Below, piece by piece: positions 12,650 to 23,044 of a stretch of DNA of 56,160 bases. Within the stretch, counting starts at the first letter, position 1; every line of letters begins with the position of its first letter. Below the pieces are notes generated by a model. It saw nothing but the letters and a program-made list of their open reading frames with translations. It was not told where the DNA came from and ran no database searches. Position numbers and translations under genes: made by a program. This stretch comes from Thelocarpon superellum (taxonomy: Eukaryota), in contig JAPEUG010000074.1 in the NCBI GenBank assembly GCA_026025795.1, positions 1-56,160 on the forward strand, written 5' to 3'.

Positions 12650-15023
12650 ATGAGGACGACCATGTCCGCCGGGTGGCCCCGCGGACGTGGTCCCGGCGAC
12701 GATAGGATCACTACGGCCGATGCTGCCGCCTCCCAACGATCCGGCCCGATGACGAGCTATTTCCTGGCCGATGAGGAGGCTATGGAGGCCGCCGCGGCCT
12801 TGTCCTCGGAATCGCTGAACCAGTCTCAGCGACCGCTGAAAGACTCCTCCTACGGAGTGCAGAGCTTGGGAGATACTGTCTTGCGCGAGACGAAGGAAGA
12901 GGCCAGACCCAGCAGTGAGGTAGACGATGGCAACCAAGGAAACCAGAGCCGTCGCCCCAAGAATCCAAGCCCAGAGCACTCTTCCTCCCCGCTGTCAGCA
13001 AAACCGCCCGCAGCTGGCACGGAGATACCCCCGCCGGGCACCTCGCAAGAGAATGTGCTCTCTCGGCAGCCATCGGCAAAGCTATCGCCGATGTTGACGG
13101 CACCTGTCTCCGCGCCCCGCTCCCTCGCGTCGCCGACGCCGAGCTCCTCTCGCCCAAGCAGTCCCAAGTCCTTCTCTGCCAAATCCGTTCACCCCTCGGA
13201 CGCGGAGTCGTCGGCGGACGAAAGTACCAGCCAGGCGGTCGGATCGAGCGGGGATGAAGACGGCGAGACACTGGAGGTATCTGATAGCATGCCGCAACTC
13301 ATCATGCCCAGCATCAAGATGCCGTCTCGGCGTCCCTTCACGGAGAAAGGCAGGGCGATGGGGCGACTGAAGGTATTGATCGCGGGACAAGCCGGTAGGT
13401 GTCACCGTCAGCGTTCCCCCCGGCGTTGTCCGTCCTGACGCGACTCTAGGCGTGGGAAAAACGTCCCTGATCAAGTCGATCGTTCAGGTATGCGAAGATA
13501 TCGTGCATGTGGATCCTCTCACCCCAACGCTTCCTACGCTGCGCTTTGCATCCTCACGGCATTCTCCTCCGCGGGCCAACGGCGCCGATCAACCCAACAC
13601 GACCCCGATTACAGAGGTGTATGCCAGCACGCGGCCATACCCCGCCTGGTGGTCGGAGTTTGATGAGAGTGCGGTGCTACGACGGCGAAAGAGTCTGGGA
13701 GACTCGGTGCTAGAACGCAATCTGTGCTTCATCGACACACCCGGCTACGGACATGGACCGGCGTCCCTTGACGCCATCCAGTCGGTGATTAGATACGTGG
13801 AGGGTCAGCTCGAGCGCACGGCGTCGCTGATGAACATGGGCGATGGCGATATCATGGGTATGCTGAGTGGCAGCGGAGGACCACAGGTGGACGTGGTATT
13901 CTACCTCTTTGCACGACGTACGCTGCCTCTTCTCCCCAGTGCATTATCCAACTCTAACGCGAAGATTGCAGGACCGAGATCGGCGGATCTTGAATACCTG
14001 CGGCGCCTAGCGCCGCTCACGAACATTGTCCCCATCGTTGCTCAGGCCGATCGGCTGGATGTAAAGGAAGTATCGGCGCTCAAGGCCAACGTCCTGAGCG
14101 AGCTCCAGCAGGCCAACGTACGTCCTTTCTTGTTCGGGTCGGCGGAAGGTCGCGGCAGTGACGCATCGACGCCGCGCCCTCCGTACGCCATCTCGTCGGC
14201 GATGGCAAGCGACCCGGAGAACATGGATGCGAGCTTGTTGATGAGCTCCGAGTACGTGCAACCGCTGCAAGCGTCAGAATTGGGGGCGTTGGTAGCGCAG
14301 GTCTTTGAGCGAGACACGGTGGCATGGCTCCGACACTGTGCTGCAAAGAAGTTTCTCCACTGGCTGCGGGGGACGGCGTCGGCCATGCCCTCTCCTCGGT
14401 CGCCGCTCAGCATCGGCTCGTCAACGCACGAGATGCTCGGAGGATCGTCCTGGTCGTCGATGACGGGCTCACCCTCGCTCGTGGCTACGTCGCCGTCCAT
14501 GTCGCCGGCGCTCGGCGGCACGTCGTATGCACTGGCCCGCATCGCCGACCACACGCAGCGTGAGAATCACATGGCACAAGTGCGACTCGCCAAGTGGGCC
14601 AGTGATCTCCAGCGGAGTCTCCAGAACGAGCGCGAGCGCTTCGAACGCCTCGCTCAGGACGCGCGTGAGCGCTGGCTGACGGAGAAGATGGGTGAGTGTG
14701 TGCGAGACGGTAGCTGGACGCCGGGCGCGCTGGAGCAGCGCTTGACGTTGATGTACGACGCCAGTGGTGGCCGGTCAGGGCGACCGGGCGGGGACATCGA
14801 GCGCCATGCCCACCTACGCAGTCGCATCGATCTCCACCGGCAAGATCCACTCGGTCTCCTCGAGTGGGCCGAAGGACTCCACCGACAGAGCTGGGTGGCG
14901 TTGCAGGTCGTCGGCGGCTTCGGCATCGTCGGCGGCATCGCGCTGTGGGTGGCGCGATCCTGGGGCGCACACGGCGAGACGGGACTGGATTTAAACTGGA
15001 CATGGTGGGGTGGAGGCGATTAA
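12650..15023 (+). CDS. Atypical septin-like P-loop GTPase with C-terminal coiled coil and transmembrane segment
   Basis: Intron 13395-13449 joins the P-loop GQAGVGKT. G3 is NLCFIDTPGYG and the septin-like G4 region is NIVPIVAQAD. A probable 54-nt intron lies at 13918-13971. The C-terminal hydrophobic segment is WVALQVVGGFGIVGGIALWVA. Start is ATG 12650 or 12662. Confidence 0.8.
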
Positions 15024-15581
15024 GGAAGGGGTCTCATGGCGTCTAAGCGGGGGAGGGGTCGGGGCAACGACCCTTCTCACGTAATTCTCTTCTCTATCCA
15101 TCTCTCGCCCTCGCTTGCACCCCCCTACGCTAGACTTGCATGGCCGGCCATCACGCTCGGAGGATCTGTAGACAGCACCGGGCCGTTACGTCGCCACCCT
15201 AGACGAAGCATGAGATGTTGACCCATACTGCGTCCGGACAATCCGATGGGGTGGAGAGATCATGTGAAGATATTTGACTGCTAGTCATATGCATCGTGAT
15301 TCTCTCATGACCGCGATCCACCGATCCGCATGCTCTCGGATTCTACGCAATCACGGTCCCCAGGTGTAACATGGAAGACGTGCGATATGGGGGGATTGCC
15401 CGCATGATTGACTCGTTCCAGTTTTCCGCGCCCCTCCTTCCTATTTGCAGCGCCCAGGCGCGGTACCGATGGCAAGACGCGTTGCTAATCGGAGACGGAG
15501 AAACTATGTTGCGGACCAGCTCTCGTACAGTGCCGAGCCAGAATGATTAACGGGATAGGGAATAGCGAGTTGGCTGTCATG

Positions 15582-15704
15582 GAAACCTTTAGAACTCGCT
15601 TCGCGACCGGACGAGCGAGTTCGATCTAGTTCTTTCCAGCTCAAGCTCTTCCTCTGCTTCTCGTCCTCCTGCCAACCCGTCGATTTAATCCATCGAGAAC
15701 TTTC
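15582..15704 (+). promoter_or_regulatory. Heat-shock-element-like nGAAn arrays upstream of HSP90
   Basis: ATCgaGAActTTC at 15692-15704, plus step-type GAA-N7-GAA (about 15582) and TTC-N7-TTC (about 15620). A CT-rich tract follows. Confidence 0.55.
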
Positions 15705-15840
15705 TCTCTCTCTCTCCAAATCATTTTCTCCTCCCATCGCACGCAAGCTCTCCACTGCCATCCCATCGTGCAATCGCCGGACCACGTCAGCCCACGTCTC
15801 TGACCCATTCCCCAAGACACACACGCACACATCCGCTCCA

Positions 15841-15956
15841 GTAAGTTTTCTTTCACCCGCCTCCGCCTAGGCAGACAGCCTTCACCGCCGGCCTTGTCGC
15901 AGTCCACGCTGGCTCTCACCCTTGCTCACGGTGGGCAACGCTAATACATCTCGCAG
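15841..15956 (+). other. 5' UTR intron of HSP90
   Basis: GTAAGT donor, GCTAAT branch and CAG acceptor, ending 51 nt upstream of the ATG. Confidence 0.75.
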
Positions 15957-16007
15957 ACCCCGATCTTCACCTCTTCCACGTCTCACTCATCGCCGACCAC
16001 CGCCATC

Positions 16008-18179
16008 ATGCCTGCCGGCGAGACGTTCGAGTTTCAGGCTGAGATCTCTCAGTTGCTCTCGCTCATCATCAACACCGTCTACTCCAACAAAGAGATCTTC
16101 CTGCGAGAACTCATCTCCAACTCCTCGGACGCCCTTGACAAGATCCGCTATGAGGCGCTGTCCGACCCCAGCAAGCTCGACTCGGGCAAGGATCTCCGGA
16201 TCGACATCATCCCGGACAAGGAAAACAAGACGCTCACCATCCGTGACACTGGGATCGGCATGACCAAGGCCGTAGGTATTCCTGACCTCCGCGTGCACAC
16301 ACCGTGGCTCACTCATCGATAGGACCTCGTCAACAACCTCGGCACCATCGCTCGCTCCGGCACGAAGCAATTCATGGAGGCCCTCACGGCCGGTGCGGAC
16401 ATCTCGATGATTGGCCAGTTTGGTGTGGGTTTCTACTCGGCCTACCTGGTGGCGGACAAGGTCACCGTGGTCTCGAAGCACAACGACGACGAGCAGTACA
16501 TCTGGGAGTCGAGCGCCGGTGGCACCTTCACCCTCACCCAAGACACCGAGGGTGCGCCGCTCGGCCGCGGCACGCAGATGACGCTCTACCTCAAGGACGA
16601 GCAGACGGACTACCTCAACGAGAGTAAGATCAAGGAGGTGGTCAAGAAGCACTCGGAGTTCATCTCGTACCCCATCTACCTGCACGTGCTCAAGGAGACG
16701 GAGAAGGACGTGCCGGACGAGGACGAAGAGGAGACCACGGCCGAGGAGGACGACGAGAAGAAGCCCAAGGTCGAGGAGGTGGACGATGAGGAGGAAGAGA
16801 AAAAGGAGAAGAAGACGAAGAAGGTCAAGGAGAGCAAGATCGAGGAGGAGGAGCTCAACAAGACCAAGCCCATCTGGACGCGGAATCCGCAGGACATCAC
16901 CGCGGAGGAGTACGGCAGCTTCTACAAGACGCTCTCCAACGACTGGGAGGACCACCTGGCCGTCAAGCACTTCTCGGTCGAGGGCCAGCTGGAATTCCGC
17001 GCCATCCTGTTCGTGCCGAAGCGCGCGCCCTTTGACCTGTTCGAGACGAAGAAGACGAAGAACAACATCAAGCTGTACGTGCGCCGGGTCTTCATCACGG
17101 ACGACGCGACGGACCTCATCCCGGAGTGGCTCAGCTTCATCAAGGGTGTGGTGGACTCGGAAGATCTGCCGCTGAACCTGTCGCGCGAGACGCTGCAGCA
17201 GAACAAGATCATGAAGGTGATCAAGAAGAACATCGTCAAGAAGACGCTCGAGCTCTTCGCCGAGATCGCCGAGGACCGCGAGCAGTTTGACAAGTTCTAC
17301 ACCGCCTTCAGCAAGAACATCAAGCTCGGCATCCACGAGGACGCGCAGAACCGGCCGGCGCTGGCCAAGCTGCTGCGCTACAACTCGACCAAGTCGGGCG
17401 ACGAGGTGACGTCGCTAACAGACTACATCACGCGCATGCCGGAGCACCAGAAGCAGATCTACTACATCACGGGCGAGAGCCTCAAGGCCGTGGCCAAGTC
17501 GCCCTTCCTCGACTCGCTCAAGGAGAAGGGGTTTGAGGTGCTCTTCCTTGTCGACCCGATCGACGAGTACGCCATGACGCAGCTCAAGGAGTTCGACGGG
17601 AAGAAGCTGGTCGACATCACCAAGGACTTTGAGCTCGAGGAGACGGCCGAGGAGAAGACGCAGCGCGAGGCGGAGGAGAAGGAGTACGAGGGGCTGGCCA
17701 AGGCGCTGAAGGAGGTGTTGGGCGACAAGGTGGAGAAGGTGGTGGTGAGCCACAAGCTGATCGGCTCGCCCTGCGCCATCCGCACGGGCCAGTTTGGCTG
17801 GAGCGCCAACATGGAGCGCATCATGAAGGCGCAGGCGCTGCGCGACACGTCCATGAGCTCCTACATGTCGTCGAAGAAGACGTTTGAGATCTCGCCCAAG
17901 TCGCCCATCATCAAGGAGCTCAAGAAGAAGGTGGAGGCGGACGGCAAGGATGACCGCACGGTCAAGTCTATCACGCAGCTGCTGTTTGAGACGTCCCTGC
18001 TCGTGTCGGGCTTCACCATTGACGAGCCGGCCGGTTTCGCCGAGCGCATCCACAAGCTGGTGTCGCTGGGTCTGAACGTCGACGAGGATGCCGAGACGTC
18101 GGAGGAGAAGGCCGAGGCCGAGGCCGAGGGCGCCACGGCGGAGGCCACGACGGAGAGCGCCATGGAGGAGGTCGACTAG
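16008..18179 (+). CDS. HSP90: Cytosolic Hsp90 chaperone
   Basis: Exons 16008-16271 and 16323-18179. Motifs [31 protein letters not shown] and C-terminal MEEVD. Codon usage is strongly GC3-biased. Confidence 0.99.
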
Positions 18180-18317
18180 ATCGCTCGACACCTACCTTGA
18201 CGTCCATCCATCATGCGTCCTCGGTCAATGCACGCGAAGAATTCAATCAGAGACGGGAGCACGGAACGCAACAGATTCACGCTCAACCTTTTCTTCCTTT
18301 GACCTGGGATCCGGATT

Positions 18318-18380
18318 CTGATCTGACCTGATCTGACCTGATCTGACCTGATCTGGCCTGATCTGGCCTGACCCTGGCCT
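18318..18380. repeat. 10-bp tandem repeat (ATCTGACCTG/ATCTGGCCTG) in the HSP90 3' region
   Basis: About six copies with progressive divergence. Confidence 0.85.
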
Positions 18381-19053
18381 AGATCCAGATCCAGATTCTC
18401 GGTCTCATCTGCTGCTATTTCTCCTGCCTGCCCACCTACTTCACCCAGCTCCGCTGGCTTTTTTCTCTCTCTCCCTCTGTACTCTAATCGAGATTTTCCA
18501 ACGAGCTAGTTAGTCAGCAGGGAGTAGAGGAAGAAGAAGCAGAGGTCAAAGCCTAAATTGCACGTGTGAAAGAGCGATAGGTCGACTTGAAGAGGTTTTA
18601 CGTGTGGTGATGATTTACGATGATGAGTCGTAGTGTATGATCATATGGTCGCAAGCTACGACGCCGCCATGAATCTACTGCACTAGACGTAGGTAGCAAT
18701 CGTTCGTGGTCCATGTCAGCGTGGATGTACTTGCCCGAGCAATCTCTTAATGCCATATCTCGAGCGTGATCTGCTTGTATTCGACCTTTGGTATGGTCTC
18801 TGCCAGGTGTAGATTCGATACTGAGCAGAGACCACGCATACAATCAAGAAAATCAGTACTATCAAAAACACGACACCGCGACGGTACCTACCGGACTGAC
18901 CCGAGTATCTTGTAGGCCTTCCTTTACGAGTCCGGTGCCCTGTGTCACTGTAGAGCGGTACCCGTACTTTCTGGCTTTGGCGCCTCCATGTTCTCCGTCA
19001 CCTTCTCTCCTGTCCCCACGTCATACACCCAAACATCGACTTCACACCGCATC

Positions 19054-21364
19054 TCAGAGAAGCATCACTGTCACTGTCACCGTCGCCATCAACACCGTCA
19101 ATGCTCCATCATTAAGAGGCCACGCCAGGGACCGCCCAGCTCCACTGGTCGTCTTGGTTGTTGTCTTTGTTGTGTGCGCGTCGTCGACTGCCGTCCCTGT
19201 GGCAGCCAGCTGCTGCGCGGCGAGCTGAGCATCCAGAAAGGTCTTGTGCTCGGCGTCGAAACTGAGACATGCGGTCGGAAGCGCATACGTTGTCTGCAGC
19301 AGGACCAGGTCGGTCGTGAGACTGCCGTTCTTGTCGTCCGCGGAGGAGAAGGGTTCTTCCAGGTGCGCGTACATGTTGACGCCCAGGTCGAGTTCAACGT
19401 GCGGCACGAGGTGGGTCAAGCTGCCAAACTTTAGAGAGGCCGCGGCATACTGGAGATCACTAAATGCAGACGCAGACGTGGATGTCCGTTCGCATTGCGC
19501 GTCAACGTCGAAGACTTGCGCCACTTCGACGGAAACACGGGGCAGGTCGACGTAGAAGCCGGCACCGACGGTGGCAGCGTTGTCAAAGAGACTGATGGTG
19601 ATCAGGACCTCCGGGCGGAGAGAGAGGCTGGCATTCAGAGCCATCTCGGCGCCAGCTTGAAACGGAATGGGACTGACTTTCGTTTGGTCACTGGAGAGTT
19701 CGTTCCCAGGCATATCAGTCAGTCATCAGAGGGGTGGGGGGGTGGAGGGTGTTTCCAGCGGTCAGTGGAGCAATGGTAATTATGACTCCCTAATGAATTA
19801 CTTACAATCCATGAATCGATGAGTTCGTTCGATTGGAAAGGTCCAGCGTCACGTACGAGCCATCCGGCACCTCAATGGTGAAATCTAATTAGCTTCGCGG
19901 GTTCAGCGACAAAGGCCCGAAAAAATAATAGACACTCACCGACACGTCAAAACCATAGATGAAATCCACGTCAGAGCTGAGCGTGAGGGACCCGACAATC
20001 TGTGGATCGACCACGGGTCCAATAAGTGCGAATCCGGGAATCTGTTGGATTGGATCGTGTCAACGACATCGGCCCTTGTGTGCTGGAGTCGTTGTTCTCC
20101 CCAAGGTCGGGGTGATCGATCATCAGCATACCTCAAAGGGTGTGAGTGGAATCTGGGGCAAATGCGCCGTAAAATCCATTGACTTGGACGCCGAGATTTC
20201 CGTTCGCAGCTCAATGTGACCACTCAGGTTCTGCACCGTCACCTGCACCTGCCCCGTCAGGGCACTGACCATTTCTGAGAGGGCCTTGGATGAAGTCATG
20301 TTGACGCTGCCGTAGCTAATGGCCATATCGCCGACCAGCGAGCAGTTCTGGCATGACAGCTTGATCGAACCGTCTCTGAAGGTCTCGGATGAGCAAGAGG
20401 GGCGAGCATCGTTGAAAAGGTCAGGAAAAGGAGGGGAAAAGCCACTCACCCCAGGAGCTTGTTCGCCACATAGTTCAATGCGGGATTTTGCGGAGGCAGG
20501 ATGGGAAAGTTGGTATAGCTGATACTGATGCTCTCGATAGGCTTCGTGGCAGTCGTCGTGGGGGAGGCGGTCAGAGATGGATAGGAGAAAGGAGGTGGGG
20601 TGATGGATGCGGATGAGGATGAGGATGCGGATGCGGATGATGTTGCGCGCCGACCGAGACGGTTGGACTCAAGGAACCGTTCGGAAATCAGAGAGCGCTC
20701 GCCGCCGCCAAACTCGACCGTCACCGACTCAGTAGCATCGTGCCACGAGTCAACCTGTGCACGAAAAGAGGCCACGCCCTGAACCTCGTCGACTTCCATC
20801 CCAGCGACCCTGTGACGGTTCAGCTGCTTTCAGACTAAGTCATAAGGACACCATTACCGATATGGAACCCTTTCCCCATTTGCGTTGCACCCAGGATGCG
20901 ATGTAACCAGGAGGAACTCTTCCAACCCGCCCCAAGATTGTTGGGCTTTGCGCATCGACTCTGGTGTGCCGAATCGGACATGAATCATGGATCCCTCGCA
21001 TCCTACCTCCTGGATGTGCATATCGAGATCTTCCAGCAGCACCATGGGCACCCTGCCTTTGATTGTGGCGCGAGCCATGAATGGGCGCTCCTGTTCCAAG
21101 GTCGTCTCTGCCCCTGCGTCAATACACGACCCTTTCTTTGCTGGCGACCAGGGCTCCTCTACCATCGACGTAGTGAAGGATGGATTCCGACCTCGGATGG
21201 AAATCGCTGTCCCGAGGCCTGAGCTCTGGTATCATATCCATGGCCACCAGGCGACGGTGCGCTGACTGAGCCCATGAGAGACCGCGCGCCAGATCCTGCG
21301 CACCGGAGAGAGGCACGAGCCTCCACAAGGCAAAGGATAGCTGGATCGCGTTCGAGATCTTCAT
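19054..21364 (-). CDS. Secreted, probably GPI-anchored cell-surface protein (uncharacterised fungal family, DUF7029/DUF7223-like)
   Basis: Signal peptide MKISNAIQLSFALWRLVPLSGA. About 7 exons with introns at about 21114-21162, 20810-20857, 20376-20449, about 20042-20131, 19871-19939 and about 19693-19805. Motifs LLVTSHPGCN..GERVPY, LSCQNC and LPTACLSFD. Ends in a Thr-rich stalk, SGA and a hydrophobic tail. Confidence 0.75.
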
Positions 21365-21586
21365 CTTGTAAGGGAGAGAGCTCGTAAATTTTCGGGGGTT
21401 ATATGCACTTGGCTCTTGCCGCGAGAAGGAGACACTGCGGTGCGATGGCATTCAAGTACTGCAAGATCATCTCGTACATCTTATCCCCGGAAGACCGGCT
21501 CAGGTCCTGGACCTCAGCCGCCTCCGTGTGTTGTGCATGTATCAGATCCTGAACGACTTGGATGCCTGATGGAAAAAGCACACGAT

Positions 21587-21949
21587 GCAAAGCTGCATCG
21601 TATCATCCGATGGTAAGTATCATCAGATGTGCTCAATCACGGAACCCTTGTCCCTGTACGGCACATGGCTGCCTGTCGCCAGCCTCGCCACAGGCGCCAG
21701 AGAGCAAACTAGCATCTTCAGCACGGCTGACGGGGACCCGCGCTGCCCTCGATACGCAGCCGCACCTGTCGCAGATAATAGAAGAGGGAAAAAGCGATCG
21801 GCGATCAGCATTTGAGCCGTGTCTCTTGACACATGTGCAAAGCCACATTGTATCATAAGACGGGCAAGGAGGATGAAATGGTGCTCAGCAACAGAGCCCT
21901 TATCCCTGCATGGTCCATACCAACAGCTGTTTGTTGTCAGCCTTGCCAC
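21587..21949. repeat. Degenerate direct repeat of about 105 bp (21587-21690 and 21836-21949)
   Basis: Shared blocks tgcaaagc..cat(c/t)gtatcat, gtgctca..ac(g/a)ga(a/g)ccctt(g/a)tccctg and gt(c/t)g(c/t)cagcct(c/t)gccac. Confidence 0.8.
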
Positions 21950-22011
21950 TATGGTAGGTCGTAAGGACAAGGCTAGAGGTTGCGTGTTCCCCGCGGAGAT
22001 GACAGGCTACA

Positions 22012-22254
22012 CGTGGCAGGTATGTTTCGGATTGTGCCACGCTCCACCCTCCGCTCGAGGCCGATAAAAATAGCGGTCGCGTGTTGGGGTCCCACGCAGT
22101 AGTCGAGTCATGGAATGACTGCGTACATGGGGAGTCCAGAGCACGGGGTACTCTGCACGGAATACCATGCAACACTGGGACCGATCAACCACAAATCCAA
22201 TCCCTGTACAAACCCAGCCTCCTTCCGGCCCACGAGGGGCTGACGTGTCTGCAC
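22012..22254 (-). ncRNA. Candidate structured non-coding RNA (unidentified), possibly intron-encoded
   Basis: Several nested helices whose non-Watson-Crick positions are G-U only on the minus strand. See findings. Confidence 0.45.
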
Positions 22255-22498
22255 TCATGCGGGTGGAGGGTGAAAAGGGTGTGCGAGGAAGAATCGGGCA
22301 GCCGGGCGAACCGGACGGTGGAGCTCGACGGGTTTCAGCGGTTCCCGCGGGAGGTGGGGGGTGGCGGGAGGACGGGGAGACGGCGTCGACGCGAGGCAGC
22401 GGGAGCGCGGCACAGCATGGGCCGGGGAGGCCGGGAGGCCTACCTCGTCCTGGTGCGCCGGCGCCTGTACTGGAGCTGGAGAAGATACGGTGATAGGA

Positions 22499-22499
22499 A

Positions 22500-22533
<34 letters not shown>

Positions 22534-22537
22534 GGAA

Positions 22538-22576
<39 letters not shown>
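22499..22576. repeat. Compound (GA)n(GT)n microsatellite
   Basis: Directly visible. Confidence 0.95.
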
Positions 22577-22578
<2 letters not shown>

Positions 22579-22811
22579 AAAGGGAAGCTTAGGGTAGCGA
22601 AGGAGATGAGGCGGGCGACGCGGTTCATCACCAGTGGAGGGATTTCGTACTTGTGGACGGCATTATTGTGCTACCGGTAATCGCCGGTCGAGCTTGAGCT
22701 CGAGCTTGGCGCCGTCCCACGTCACCCACGCACCCACGCTACGGCGGTCACGGGACGACGCAGGGTAAGGCGCCTTGCCCGTACGAAAGACCAAGTATAA
22801 TTTGGATTGAG

Positions 22812-22865
22812 ACATCGTCCATCGTCCATCGTCTATCGTCCATCGTCTATCGTCTATCGTCTACG
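22812..22865. repeat. 7-bp tandem repeat (CATCGTC/TATCGTC)n
   Basis: About seven copies directly visible. Confidence 0.9.
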
Positions 22866-23044
22866 TTCCTCGTCCACGTAATACGAGTCCCCCTCTCAGG
22901 ATCAACGCCGACGAAATGCTCTGGTCTCCCGTGCTTCATCGCTATGCCCTAGCGGTCCACGGAGTCAAGAGAATATTCGCACAAAGACACAAATATGCTG
23001 AGATAAAAAAGTACCATGTGCAAACCACCGACCGTGAACGATCG

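Noticed and set aside
15987..18191. Long antisense ORFs (449 aa and 258 aa) over HSP90
   Set aside because: Expected shadow of strong GC3 codon bias in a highly expressed gene; no independent protein features.
21612..21620. ATACTTACC on the minus strand, identical to the U1 snRNA 5' end
   Set aside because: No U1 stem-loop motifs (GAUCA, AUUGCAC) or Sm site at the expected positions downstream; it is simply a donor-like GGTAAGTAT on the plus strand.
22215..22235. CCGGAAGG tetraloop resembling SRP RNA helix 8
   Set aside because: Lacks the conserved CAGG/AGCA internal loop and the Alu-domain motif.
22167..22493. Collagen-like G-x-y run in a 108-aa ORF
   Set aside because: Only about five triplets in G-rich DNA; better explained as the antisense of a C-rich intron.
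18318..22865. Tandem repeats considered as CRISPR-like arrays
   Set aside because: Contiguous simple repeats with no spacers, in a eukaryotic context with no cas genes.
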